From the IMG/VR virus record IMGVR_UViG_3300028903_000004, positions 59,437 through 123,436 of that record: a stretch of 64,000 nucleotides of DNA; one strand, given 5' to 3'. Origin of the DNA: a virus. Its lineage: Duplodnaviria; Caudoviricetes. This document shows, piece after piece, positions 19,883 through 30,243 of the stretch (its first letter is position 1; every line of letters starts with the position of its first letter). The notes below the pieces were generated by a model, which worked only from the letters and a program-made list of their open reading frames with translations, searched no databases and was not told the DNA's origin. The translations under genes and the position numbers were made by a program.

Positions 19883-21292
19883 CTAATAATTATTTCTTAA
19901 TTCTACTTGATTAATTATATCAAAATTAACAATATCTTTTATTGTTCTAACTTCTCTGTTAGTTGAGAGTTCGATGTCTAACCAATAAGTATTTGGTAGT
20001 AAACTAGATGTATCTAATAAAAAATAATTCTGGTCAAATGCCATTTCTACAGGTTGATAATCGATTACTGTATATTCCGCAGGTCCTTCCTTTATGTATA
20101 ATCTATATCTAAGTGTATCTAAAATATCGCGTTGGTTAATTGTAAACGGAATTCTAGCTGAAACAATGACTTTGCGAATATCACCCCTAACAATTTTCTC
20201 ATCACGTTTGATACCAGTAATATTAAATCCATAAACTTTAGGTATTTCTTCATTTGTCCCAATATTATAATACCCATTTCTGTTTATAACAAATTCAAGT
20301 TCAACATCAGATAAATTTACCCCATTAATACTTAATGAAGACCAAACATCTCTAAACATTGTACAATTCCCATAATTTGCATTAATTGGAACATTAATAT
20401 CAATAGAATAAACACCAGTTGTTACGTGAGTTACATCTGTAGGTGTATATGTACTAAAAACAACATCATTATTATCATAAATAGTAACAGTTGGATTAGA
20501 ATCTAAATTAGTCGGTAATCCACCAGCATTAACATATAGATATAATTTATTGTTTTTATTCATATAAAAACGATATCTATCATCTCTAATTACCTCAGTA
20601 TAAGTTGTTTCAATAAATGGTTCATAAAAAGTTTGAGTGTGTCTAGTGAAGAATCCAACATATTGTAATTCTTGGGTTGGAGTATTTTCTAGTGCATATG
20701 AATAAGCAAGAGCCAAACCATAATTTGTTTCACCAGAAATAATAGCATTTACATAATTTGTAATATCAATTTCAATATTTTCATTACCTCTTTCAAAATG
20801 TTGTGAACCGATTGTTACGGCACTAGTGTTTCCACTATATGCACCACTTCCACTAGGCCAACTTACACCTGTTCTTGCATAAACCCAATTAGAAGGGGTA
20901 TTACTTATTGAAGCATCACCTGCTAGATACGTACATGAGTTATAATCATAACCATTACCTTCATCAAAATGTTCATCCAATGGAAATAGGATTAAATCAA
21001 AAGAGCATGCCCTTTCTTTACCATCACATGTTTCACCATTTAATAATCCTAAATCAAAACAACTTGTATTTGTCATTCTAAGTGTGTGCTTCATTTTATT
21101 TAAATCTGGAAAAGTACCACCTGTATATAGACTTCTTAATCTTGTTTCATCAAAATGAAAAATAAATCTAGAATATTCTAAATCATATACATTACCACCA
21201 TAAAATAATTCAGCAATAGGGCTTCTACCCGTATTTGTTGTATTATTACGAATAATTGTATTATTTTTATCAAAGTAAGTTCTAACAACCAT
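19883..21292 (-). CDS. Virion structural protein (beta-rich, baseplate-region)
   Basis: 469 aa, late promoter at 21308-21315, next to spike-like gene. Confidence 0.6.
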   Translation of the reverse strand: MVVRTYFDKNNTIIRNNTTNTGRSPIAELFYGGNVYDLEYSRFIFHFDETRLRSLYTGGTFPDLNKMKHTLRMTNTSCFDLGLLNGETCDGKERACSFDLILFPLDEHFDEGNGYDYNSCTYLAGDASISNTPSNWVYARTGVSWPSGSGAYSGNTSAVTIGSQHFERGNENIEIDITNYVNAIISGETNYGLALAYSYALENTPTQELQYVGFFTRHTQTFYEPFIETTYTEVIRDDRYRFYMNKNNKLYLYVNAGGLPTNLDSNPTVTIYDNNDVVFSTYTPTDVTHVTTGVYSIDINVPINANYGNCTMFRDVWSSLSINGVNLSDVELEFVINRNGYYNIGTNEEIPKVYGFNITGIKRDEKIVRGDIRKVIVSARIPFTINQRDILDTLRYRLYIKEGPAEYTVIDYQPVEMAFDQNYFLLDTSSLLPNTYWLDIELSTNREVRTIKDIVNFDIINQVELRNNY

Positions 21293-21323
21293 AATATTAA
21301 TTTTTATATAAATATCATGATGA

Positions 21324-22256
21324 TTAGTCTAATTTAATGTTTTTAGAGTTAACACTTGATAAATCAAAATTAGCTAAATCATTATAAATAGGTTGTGGAG
21401 CACTTGCTTTTAAACCTGAATAAGGATGAAAATGATTTATCATAAATTTAATAGAAGCTTCCATAAATTTTACAATGACATCTCCATAAGGAAGTGGGTG
21501 GGCTTCATTTGCAATTCTAGACATTTCATCGATTGTTATTAAATCTGACGGGTCAGTAAGTTTGAAATTTTTTGTTCCTCCGTGTGTAATTAAATGAATT
21601 TTATCTGCAACAATGTTTGCAACAGTATATTTTTTTCCTTGCGTAGTTTCTTTGGTTAAATTCAATGGTACATCAAATTTAAGTTGAAAATAACCAATAT
21701 TCTCATTATTAAACTCTAGTATATTTTTAGATTTATGTTGACCAGCTCTAATTAATACCTCTCCGTTTTTAAAAATAATATCTGAATTATCTCGACCTTG
21801 TATAGAAATATAAGATTTATCTGGAAATACGCCACGAGCTTCTGGTTTAAAACTTGGAGCCTCTTCTACTTCAACTGACCCAGTTGCTAATGCAGATTTC
21901 GCTGTAAAGAAAAACGGGTCCATTTTAAGTTTTTGTGGTTGAGATATAATAGGACCAATATAATATCTGTCAATATAATTAGTATCTTTAAGATTTAATT
22001 TTAGGACGAATACAGCTTCACCGACTTTAGGAGTTACTTGAAGATGTTTTGGTAATAATGGAAAAGCCATAGTTAGCTTTTTTTCTTCATCAGTTTTTTT
22101 ATCATCAATACCCTTAATACTGACAATAATTCTACCAGCATCACTCTCGTCATCAATAGCTTCAACTCTACCTATTGATATTACATCTAATTTTGCTGAA
22201 TTATCATAAATGCTTTTAAGGTTAAAAGCATGTTTTTTTAAAATACTACTACTCAT
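21324..22256 (-). CDS. Baseplate hub/spike protein (gp5/gpV-like OB fold)
   Basis: GRVEAIDD...GRIIV...PKVGEAVFV OB-fold pattern and C-terminal HFHPY (HxH) motif. Confidence 0.65.
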   Translation of the reverse strand: MSSSILKKHAFNLKSIYDNSAKLDVISIGRVEAIDDESDAGRIIVSIKGIDDKKTDEEKKLTMAFPLLPKHLQVTPKVGEAVFVLKLNLKDTNYIDRYYIGPIISQPQKLKMDPFFFTAKSALATGSVEVEEAPSFKPEARGVFPDKSYISIQGRDNSDIIFKNGEVLIRAGQHKSKNILEFNNENIGYFQLKFDVPLNLTKETTQGKKYTVANIVADKIHLITHGGTKNFKLTDPSDLITIDEMSRIANEAHPLPYGDVIVKFMEASIKFMINHFHPYSGLKASAPQPIYNDLANFDLSSVNSKNIKLD

Positions 22257-22434
22257 CCCTATTTCCGTTTAATCTGTTTTTTAATTCTTTATTAGCCTCT
22301 TGAAATAATTTTTCAATGCGTACCATTTCATCATAATCTTTAAGCATTCTTTGTTTAATGGCTTCATGCTCTTGCATCATATTTTTAATTTCCATTAAAA
22401 TTTGATTGCTTGTCATTTCAGAAAATTTACTCAT
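22249..22434 (-). CDS. Small coiled-coil hypothetical protein
   Basis: 61-aa ORF overlapping the downstream start. Confidence 0.55.
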   Translation of the reverse strand: MSKFSEMTSNQILMEIKNMMQEHEAIKQRMLKDYDEMVRIEKLFQEANKELKNRLNGNRDE

Positions 22435-22447
22435 AATTCACATTTTT

Positions 22448-22870
22448 TTAATATAAAACTCCTTGTCCACTTGCAAAATTTGTAGTAGCACCTTGAACGA
22501 CTACAGTACCAATACCACCACCAGCTGCCGTAACGGGTATTCCAGGTGGAATTACCACATCAATTTTAGCTTGTGTTATTAATGCATTAAATATTTCCTC
22601 AACTCTTATCTTTTCCATTTTTTCGGCAATATTTTCACTACCATCATCAAGTACTCCAACTGGTGCACCAGCTTCTCGTTGTCTACTTATAATATATGAT
22701 GCTGTTTGTGACGCACTAAGACCTTGCCTCATAGATGCACCAGTATATAAAAGTTGTGGAGGAACGGGTGGCTGTGGTTTAAATTTAAGCTTAAACGCGG
22801 CAATAATAATTGCTAATACCGCTCCAATACTAGCTATTTTTTTATAATCATTTTTATCAAAAGTTCCCAT
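22448..22870 (-). CDS. Hypothetical protein, baseplate operon
   Basis: 140-aa ORF, Gly/Val-rich C-terminus. Confidence 0.6.
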   Translation of the reverse strand: MGTFDKNDYKKIASIGAVLAIIIAAFKLKFKPQPPVPPQLLYTGASMRQGLSASQTASYIISRQREAGAPVGVLDDGSENIAEKMEKIRVEEIFNALITQAKIDVVIPPGIPVTAAGGGIGTVVVQGATTNFASGQGVLY

Positions 22871-22872
22871 AT

Positions 22873-24321
22873 CTAAAATTTATTAATCGTTCTTATGATA
22901 TCTTGCGGAACACCAAGTAAACTCATAGTTAATTTCTTTTTATTACTAATTAATTCTGATTGAATTTTATCCTTAACTTGAGATTGAAGATTTTTAATTT
23001 CTTTCAAAACTTTTTCAAGTAATATTTTAATAACTAAAGCTTTAACTATATCAATAACTTCTTTGATTAAAACTTTTAAGTTTTTAATCAATTCATCAAT
23101 TCCATTAAATGTGGCATTTGTTCCTTGAACTATTCTAAAATTAACCATAAAAAGTAAGATTAATTTAGGTGAGAATATCATTCCAATTATACTCTTAACA
23201 AGCGCCTTTATTAATTTAACAAAAAAATTTAATTTCACATTATATCTATCTTTTGGGTCACTATTTTTTGATGCTTCATCCGCGATATCATTAATCGATT
23301 TATTAATAGCAATTGTTTTACTTTCAATAGAATTAGCAGTAATTATCGTGTTAACTGAATCATTTAAGATTGTTGTATTAATTTTTGTAGCATATGTATC
23401 ACATGTTTCTAATTTAGATATACCTAAAGTTTTCATTTTAGCTTTTTCACTAATATCAAGTAATTCTACATTTGTAAACGTGAAAAAACTATCATCAATA
23501 ATATCATCTGGTTCTGTTTCTAAAAGTTTATCAATAATGTTATTTAATTTTTCTTCCATTTCAGATTGAACTGTAGTTTTTTCTATGATATTACTGAATA
23601 TATTAAATATGTTATCTATCATTTTAGCAAAAAATTGAGCATCTGGAAATAATTTAATACTATCAACATAATCATTATTCCAGTCGGATAATTTTTTATT
23701 ATTGCTATAATAATCACTAGCTTTAATAGTAATTATATTTGTTTCTGTGCCGTATTGTTCATCAAATTTTACAGCAACTATATCATTCACAAATCCGACT
23801 TGATGACCCCAATATTGTTCAACGCCACTATTTTGTATTGTATAAAATAAAAAAGTATTAGCATCAGTACTGTTTATTTGTGGAGTAATATCACTATAAA
23901 TAAAATTACCGTATTCAGATGCTGGGTCTAGTTTAAATATATTACAATAATCGATTTTATTTACATTAAATTGATAACCACTGCCATTATATTTAAGTTC
24001 ATTTGGAATAGAAGGATTAACTCCACAACTAGTTAATTCTTTTAAGTTAAGTTTAATTGCAAATTTAATTTTATCTTCTAAATCACCTAAACTATTAATT
24101 AATGCATCTGAAACTGAATCTCTGATGGCTTCATATCCAGCTAATTCTTTAATTAAATCAAGTAAAAAGTTAATTGGGTCCTTTTTAATAGTTTGAAGAC
24201 TTTGCCACAATTGATTAGCCTGCGACTTATATTTAATGTGTTGGTTATGGGTATCATCTACCAATACTTTTAGTGCAGCCACTTGTGCAAATACTTCGGA
24301 TTTTTGTTTTTGAATTTCCAT
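22873..24321 (-). CDS. Hypothetical helical protein, baseplate operon
   Basis: 482-aa ORF tightly packed with neighbours. Confidence 0.65.
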   Translation of the reverse strand: MEIQKQKSEVFAQVAALKVLVDDTHNQHIKYKSQANQLWQSLQTIKKDPINFLLDLIKELAGYEAIRDSVSDALINSLGDLEDKIKFAIKLNLKELTSCGVNPSIPNELKYNGSGYQFNVNKIDYCNIFKLDPASEYGNFIYSDITPQINSTDANTFLFYTIQNSGVEQYWGHQVGFVNDIVAVKFDEQYGTETNIITIKASDYYSNNKKLSDWNNDYVDSIKLFPDAQFFAKMIDNIFNIFSNIIEKTTVQSEMEEKLNNIIDKLLETEPDDIIDDSFFTFTNVELLDISEKAKMKTLGISKLETCDTYATKINTTILNDSVNTIITANSIESKTIAINKSINDIADEASKNSDPKDRYNVKLNFFVKLIKALVKSIIGMIFSPKLILLFMVNFRIVQGTNATFNGIDELIKNLKVLIKEVIDIVKALVIKILLEKVLKEIKNLQSQVKDKIQSELISNKKKLTMSLLGVPQDIIRTINKF

Positions 24322-24326
24322 TTATA

Positions 24327-24710
24327 TTAAACATCATATTCTTCGTTATCATTATCCGACCAATTTTTTAATTTATCCCTTAGTGTTTTAAAATCTTCAA
24401 GGGTTACTGAATTAGTATTTGTGGAAGATTCTTCTGGAATACCATTTTGTTTAATAATTTCGGATTTAAGTTTACTTAATTCCAATTTGATTTTAATGGC
24501 AGAATCTTTTATTTTTAACAAATTAGCCTTTTCTCTGGCAATACTTGTAATGTCAGCAACATCTTCAGGTTGTGCTGCATGTACCATTTCATTAATAGCT
24601 CTTTGAGCATCAATTTGTTGATTGCAAGCATCATTATATGTTTCTTGCATTAAATAAGTTAAACTATCAATATCGTTTAATTTTAGTTTGGTTTTCTTAC
24701 GTCTAGGCAC
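24327..24710 (-). CDS. Hypothetical helical protein (GTG start)
   Basis: 127-aa ORF; late promoter at 24781-24788. Confidence 0.6.
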   Translation of the reverse strand: MPRRKKTKLKLNDIDSLTYLMQETYNDACNQQIDAQRAINEMVHAAQPEDVADITSIAREKANLLKIKDSAIKIKLELSKLKSEIIKQNGIPEESSTNTNSVTLEDFKTLRDKLKNWSDNDNEEYDV

Positions 24711-24804
24711 GGCTTTAATATTTATTATATTTGTTATACTAATTTATATCATCAATCATCACTAATTCCGCTCTATATATATAAATATGCAGCAGCCTTA
24801 ATTT

Positions 24805-25569
24805 CTACAAAATACCATTTTCTAAAAATTCGTTTTTAATCGATTCATATAATTTTTTATAGCGTTTTAAGGCACATCTTATATCTTTAGTGGTAAGGTT
24901 TGTATTTTCACGGATACTAGCTAATATAGATATTTTATTATATTTTTTACCACCTTCCATATCCTTAAAAATGCTTTCCCAATTATCTAGAATATCGACT
25001 AAAGCAAACCCTAGTTTACGTTCATTTTCATTCATGATTTTATGTTCATGAACTTCATCCTTTTTTAGTTCATTTTTTATTTCATTTGAAATTCGTTGAA
25101 TTAATGATGATAGGTTATACATTGATTCTGTAGTACTTTCACTATCAACCAAATCAAAATTCTTTTCAGAATCTTCATCATCATCATTAAGATATATGTC
25201 TTCGAAAGATGTAAGTTGTTTAAGTTTCTTATCATCTTTGATTAAAAGCCCCAAAATATAGTTTTTACATATTGTACCATAGTAAGAATAAGCCTTTTTT
25301 CCTTTCCCTTCCTCAAATTTATTTGCTTTTGTCATCAAAAATGAGAGTGTATCAGCATGTAATTCCTCAAATGATACACTCTTTCTATATAGTTTATAGC
25401 GTCTGATGATTGATTCAATCATCTTATTTAACGGCTCTTTCAAAAACGTATTATAAATTTGATTACGTTCAGCTTGGTCGTCAGATTCTAAGAACCTAAA
25501 CACGGCATTTTCTTCTAAGGGACCGAAATATAAATCACTAGTTCGTTTACGACCTCTACCTTTAGCCAT
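24805..25569 (-). CDS. Late-transcription sigma factor (T4 gp55-like, sigma70 region 2)
   Basis: KFEEGKGKKAYSYYGTICKNY resembles the sigma region 2.3 FDP..G..F.tY motif; no region 4 evident. Confidence 0.6.
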   Translation of the reverse strand: MAKGRGRKRTSDLYFGPLEENAVFRFLESDDQAERNQIYNTFLKEPLNKMIESIIRRYKLYRKSVSFEELHADTLSFLMTKANKFEEGKGKKAYSYYGTICKNYILGLLIKDDKKLKQLTSFEDIYLNDDDEDSEKNFDLVDSESTTESMYNLSSLIQRISNEIKNELKKDEVHEHKIMNENERKLGFALVDILDNWESIFKDMEGGKKYNKISILASIRENTNLTTKDIRCALKRYKKLYESIKNEFLENGIL

Positions 25570-25577
25570 CTTATTTA

Positions 25578-26384
25578 TTATTTCTGATATGTTATTTCTC
25601 TTTCATAATTATAAAAATACTCATGTTTAGCTGTTTCTAGCCAGAATTGAGATTCTTTTGCATCCATTTCTTTAGCATACATATCAAACAATGAGTTATT
25701 TCTTTGATTTACGTGTTTATAGCCAAGTTTTGGGATTACCATAATAGGAACTGATTTTTGAGTTAATCTTAATAAGAATTCATATATGAAATACAATTTA
25801 ATATTTGTTTTCATTCCACCATTTTCTTCAAAGGTAGATTTACGCATAACAATTCCATCAATATTAAAATTTTGATATCTTAATAGTGCATCGTTATCTA
25901 ATACGCCCATTTCATCACAAAATTCGTGAGCCCATACGGCTTCATTCATGAAGCCCATGAATTTACCTTCTTTGTTAACATCAACAATTATTGGCATATA
26001 AACATCGAAATTGTAATGATTCCTATACTCAACAACGTTTTTAAACCATATTCTTGAGTATTCATCGTCAAATTCTAAGAAACTAAACCATTCAGTCTTA
26101 ACTTGGCTAACGCCTAAATTAATTTGACTGCAGACATCTGAATTCCCAGTATTTTCGATTATTCTTACATTATTACCGATTTCACCATAATTAAAATCAC
26201 TTAAAAATTTTAATAATGTTTCATCGGATTTAGCAATAATTAACACCTCATCTGGTTTAACTATTTGAGCATTAATGCTATTTATGGCATTAGTGAAGTA
26301 TTTTTCGTTAATTTCATTTATTTCATGTATTGGTAATATTACTGTGATATCTGATTTCATTTTAATTTGATTTTTGTTCTTCAT
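25578..26384 (-). CDS. Glycosyltransferase family 2 (GT-A)
   Basis: ITVILPIH, NLGV...WFSFLEFDD. Confidence 0.8.
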   Translation of the reverse strand: MKNKNQIKMKSDITVILPIHEINEINEKYFTNAINSINAQIVKPDEVLIIAKSDETLLKFLSDFNYGEIGNNVRIIENTGNSDVCSQINLGVSQVKTEWFSFLEFDDEYSRIWFKNVVEYRNHYNFDVYMPIIVDVNKEGKFMGFMNEAVWAHEFCDEMGVLDNDALLRYQNFNIDGIVMRKSTFEENGGMKTNIKLYFIYEFLLRLTQKSVPIMVIPKLGYKHVNQRNNSLFDMYAKEMDAKESQFWLETAKHEYFYNYEREITYQK

Positions 26385-27480
26385 TATTCATTTTACTAGT
26401 TATGTTTACTAGTTTAGCTTCAATTTCAGCTATTCTGGTATTAAAGAAATGTGTATATACTTCTTTAATTTTAGCTCTTTCTTCATCTTCAGTATAAAGT
26501 TTATTAGTTTTTTCCATTTCATCAAAAAGCTCCTGTGGGACATTATCTTCTAACCACAATTTAATGAATTCAGCAACTAAATTAGGAATATGAAGAATAT
26601 TGTTAGTCCAAACACCATTGTTTTTTATATCTATCTTATCTCCTTCAACATTTTCCATCCATTCTGGTATCATATTCGGAATAGTACCAATTACTGGAAC
26701 ATTACATCTCATTGATTCTAATGGAAATGTACCAAAACTTGAAATTTGGTCAACCCAAACTGATAAACAACATTCACTTAAAGTATCAGCAAAAGCTTCC
26801 CTTGGCATTCCTCTCATATCTTTAAAAGTTATCCATTTATATATTGGATTTTGCAAATAGAAACTTTTAACTATCTTTAGAGCATCTTTTTGGTCTCTGG
26901 TATGAATAGCAATCATAGGTTTTTTTGGCTTACCATTGTCTTTGAAATATGTTGGAATAGCCACAGGAATTTCCCATGTTCTTAGATTAGGGAATAATGA
27001 TTTTACATATGAACTAATTTTTGGGGATGTTGTAATAACATCTTCTATTCCATAGAATACCCAACTCATACCAATATTCATTAATTCAAGAATATAATCA
27101 TATGATTGGCATAAAACTATACGTTTACATGGGAATTTACTTGTTTGTTGCATAACATTACTAAAGATTTCTGGTATTACTATGAAATCTGAAGCACTGA
27201 TATTTAAATCTTTATTTTCTATGGATTTATGCGGTAATTTAGCGTATTCGGCTCCTAACCAACTTTCTACCCCATGATAATCATTCTTTTCATGTAAAAT
27301 ACAGGCATTATAACCTAATTCATTTAAAATTTTCACATGCTCATAAATGTTAGCTATACCTGCTGTTGGATTTCCTTTAGTATCCAAAGTAAAAAAATAG
27401 ATTGTAAAATCTTTATTCATGATTTTATCAATCGCCGTATGAGCTAGTTCCTTTGCTTTTTGAATTTGTTCTTCAGTCAT
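26362..27480 (-). CDS. Glycosyltransferase (GT-B/GT4-like)
   Basis: AGIANIYEH, IVIPE, SSFGTFPLESMRC (ExFG..P.EAM-like). Confidence 0.75.
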   Translation of the reverse strand: MTEEQIQKAKELAHTAIDKIMNKDFTIYFFTLDTKGNPTAGIANIYEHVKILNELGYNACILHEKNDYHGVESWLGAEYAKLPHKSIENKDLNISASDFIVIPEIFSNVMQQTSKFPCKRIVLCQSYDYILELMNIGMSWVFYGIEDVITTSPKISSYVKSLFPNLRTWEIPVAIPTYFKDNGKPKKPMIAIHTRDQKDALKIVKSFYLQNPIYKWITFKDMRGMPREAFADTLSECCLSVWVDQISSFGTFPLESMRCNVPVIGTIPNMIPEWMENVEGDKIDIKNNGVWTNNILHIPNLVAEFIKLWLEDNVPQELFDEMEKTNKLYTEDEERAKIKEVYTHFFNTRIAEIEAKLVNITSKMNNEEQKSN

Positions 27481-27503
27481 TTTAAAACTTTTTTTATTTT
27501 TAA

Positions 27504-27878
27504 TTATATATCAATTTTTTTAAGTATTCTATAATATTTCAAAGTATTAAATGCAAGTTTAAAAGATATAGGCATATTTCCTATGGCTCTTTCAAAACCT
27601 AATGCATCATCAACTTCATCATTGTTAGATATAAGAATATCAATTAAAGTTTTAACTAATTCATATTTAGTTAAATCAATTTCTTTACCTTTTTTAAATT
27701 TTTTAATTGTTTCTTGTTTTTGAACTAATTTTTCTTTTTTAGCTTCAATCTGGTAATAAAAAACAGTTTCAGATTCTTCTTGAAAGTCTTCTTTAAATTC
27801 AGGCTCACCGCCAATTAATTTATCGATAGCTTCAAAATCTATTATATAAACTTCATTCCCTATTTTAAGTAAACTCAT
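27504..27878 (-). CDS. Hypothetical protein
   Basis: 124-aa ORF in operon. Confidence 0.6.
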   Translation of the reverse strand: MSLLKIGNEVYIIDFEAIDKLIGGEPEFKEDFQEESETVFYYQIEAKKEKLVQKQETIKKFKKGKEIDLTKYELVKTLIDILISNNDEVDDALGFERAIGNMPISFKLAFNTLKYYRILKKIDI

Positions 27879-27891
27879 GATTACTTATAAT

Positions 27892-28482
27892 TTATTTAAT
27901 GTTATTAATTTTATTCAAAATTTCATTATCATCCATAAAATCAAATAATGAGTCAAATTCATAATCGCATTTAACGTTTTGATTATATACTGATTTTATT
28001 TTAATTACTACTTTATTTGATGGTTTATTTTCAATTAATAATGGATTAGCTGTTATTAAAACATCAACATCATTCCATAATTCTTCATATTTGGTTTTAA
28101 ATCTAATATTTGATATTCGGCAACCAGTTTTAGATAAGAAAAAATAAGTAGCTGGAATACTATTAACCGCTTCTTTACTTACTAGCCACAATTCATGTTC
28201 TTCATCATCAATTATTTCCATGTTATACAAATTCAGTCTATTAATCAAATTATCATATAATTCATCGGCATGACCGAATATTTCAAGAGCGGCTTCCTCA
28301 TACATAAATTTATTCATTTCATCAATACCACCAGCAAATGGAAAATGTTTAAGTAAGTCAAATGAATCTACTGGTGTTTGTTCAACATCAGCATTTTCTG
28401 GAATTTTGTACTTACTATATACATAGTCAAATTGACCTATGAAATCACGTAAAACTTCGTTAATATCAATACCTATTTTCAT
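27892..28482 (-). CDS. HAD-superfamily 5'(3')-deoxyribonucleotidase-like protein
   Basis: IGIDINEVLRD N-terminal motif; YNQNV near C-terminus. Confidence 0.6.
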   Translation of the reverse strand: MKIGIDINEVLRDFIGQFDYVYSKYKIPENADVEQTPVDSFDLLKHFPFAGGIDEMNKFMYEEAALEIFGHADELYDNLINRLNLYNMEIIDDEEHELWLVSKEAVNSIPATYFFLSKTGCRISNIRFKTKYEELWNDVDVLITANPLLIENKPSNKVVIKIKSVYNQNVKCDYEFDSLFDFMDDNEILNKINNIK

Positions 28483-28508
28483 AAAATTAAAAATAAAAAA
28501 TATTTTTC

Positions 28509-28519
28509 AAATGTAAATA
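28509..28519 (-). promoter_or_regulatory. TATTTACATTT element (second promoter class; also 19444, 37770, 41312)
   Basis: Exact 11-mer upstream of four minus-strand genes, TTTACA-N16-TAnnnT geometry. Confidence 0.6.
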
Positions 28520-28520
28520 T

Positions 28521-29372
28521 TTACCAACGAATATATTTAGGAATATACTCCCACCACATTTTTTTATTGGTAATTTTTTTATTTTTTTGCTCCGTAGATT
28601 CATTTAAAATTACACGTTCTTTATTTACTGGTGAAGAGATTGTATTTTTATTTTTATCGTTTCTAGAAGAGTCATAAAGATTTAATATCTTCGATATAAT
28701 TGGATTTCTTACGATATCATTAGCGGTAAATTCAAAAAAACCAATTTCTTCAATGCTCCTTAATCTATTCATTGCATCGTATAAACCAGATTGTTTGATA
28801 TTGGTATATCTATCAGATTGGTCCATATCACCAGAAATGATAAATTTACTATTTATACCAATTCTAGTTAATAAAGTTTTCATTTGATTTGGTGACATAT
28901 TCTGGGCTTCTTCCATAATAACAATAGCATTGTCAATATTAGCACCTCGAATATATGCTAATGCTTTTATTTCAATAATTCCATCCATAATCATACGGTC
29001 TCTAGCTGCTTTGCCAATAAGTTTTTCTATAATTCCAAGACTAGATTCAGCATAAGGCATGATTTTTTCCATAATATCACCTGGTAAAAAACCATGTTTT
29101 TCTTCTACTTCCACTGCTGGTTTGAAAATGATAATTTTTTCAAAATTATTTTCTTTTGATTGTAATAATTCTATTGCCCTAGCAATAGATACATAACTTT
29201 TTCCTGTACCAGCTGGACCGCTGCAAATTACAATTTCTTTGTCAGTTATAAGTTTCACAAATTCTTTTTGTGCTTCATTTTTAGCTTTGAATTTAAGTTT
29301 TTGCCCTACAATATTATTTACTGTATCAGAAACAGTAAATTCGTAATTTTCATTATTTTTTCTTCTTCCCAT
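28521..29372 (-). CDS. phoH: PhoH-like ATPase
   Basis: GPAGTGKS, GFLPG, LAYIRG, EEAQN, LTRIG, GDMDQSD, DIVRNP; likely start MGRRK at 29372. Confidence 0.92.
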   Translation of the reverse strand: MGRRKNNENYEFTVSDTVNNIVGQKLKFKAKNEAQKEFVKLITDKEIVICSGPAGTGKSYVSIARAIELLQSKENNFEKIIIFKPAVEVEEKHGFLPGDIMEKIMPYAESSLGIIEKLIGKAARDRMIMDGIIEIKALAYIRGANIDNAIVIMEEAQNMSPNQMKTLLTRIGINSKFIISGDMDQSDRYTNIKQSGLYDAMNRLRSIEEIGFFEFTANDIVRNPIISKILNLYDSSRNDKNKNTISSPVNKERVILNESTEQKNKKITNKKMWWEYIPKYIRW

Positions 29373-29373
29373 T

Positions 29374-30243
29374 TTACAATTTTCCTTTAAACTCTTTATT
29401 TTTATATTTTTCATCTAGTTTATGGCTTCGGTATTTTTCAAAGATATTTTCTCCTTCGACCATAGGTGTAGCAAAAAATTTTATTATGTAATTCCCATCA
29501 TATTCAACAATTTTATCAAATTCTGTTATCATATATTGAAATTCAAGAAAATCTTTTACTCCCGCATCACCGTTTGTGACAAACCCTACCGATTTAATAT
29601 CAAGTAAGTCTGAATTTTTTGGAGCACTTTGAGCTTTACGAATTGAACTAATTAAAAAAACTGTCTTTTTATCATATTCATCATAATATTTTGGAATGTA
29701 AAATTCTAGTAATCTTTTAGATTCTGATATTTTTCTAATTAAAAGTTTTTTAGTATATTTTTCTATCTCTAGTCTTGGGTGAATTTCGCGATTAATAATG
29801 ATAGAAAACTCATTAATAATTCCATAATTACCTATTCTTTCAAGTGATTCTAAAACGCTTGCAGTAATTGGTCTATTATTAATTTCCATTAAAACTTTAT
29901 AATCATCAAATGGGTCCCCCTTAATTTTTCTATATAAAGGCTTTTTAGATGACTTAACCGAGATATCGTAATTGATAATCTCACCATTTTCATTTAAAAT
30001 CGGTTTAATATTATTTCTAAGCTCTTGAGTCGCTTCAATTACTTTATATAATCTAGCTCTCAGTAACGTTACTTCTTCAGTTAAACGCCCCTGTAAAAGG
30101 TCATCTGCTAATGTACCTTGCATGTGTCTTTGAACCGCATTTGTATCATCACTAAGGTTATTACCGATTTGACCTAAAGCATTTTTCTCAACCTTAGATA
30201 AAGCAATTGATATGTGAAATATAGCCCTTTTAAACCAGTTCAT
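29374..30243 (-). CDS. Hypothetical protein
   Basis: 289-aa ORF. Confidence 0.65.
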   Translation of the reverse strand: MNWFKRAIFHISIALSKVEKNALGQIGNNLSDDTNAVQRHMQGTLADDLLQGRLTEEVTLLRARLYKVIEATQELRNNIKPILNENGEIINYDISVKSSKKPLYRKIKGDPFDDYKVLMEINNRPITASVLESLERIGNYGIINEFSIIINREIHPRLEIEKYTKKLLIRKISESKRLLEFYIPKYYDEYDKKTVFLISSIRKAQSAPKNSDLLDIKSVGFVTNGDAGVKDFLEFQYMITEFDKIVEYDGNYIIKFFATPMVEGENIFEKYRSHKLDEKYKNKEFKGKL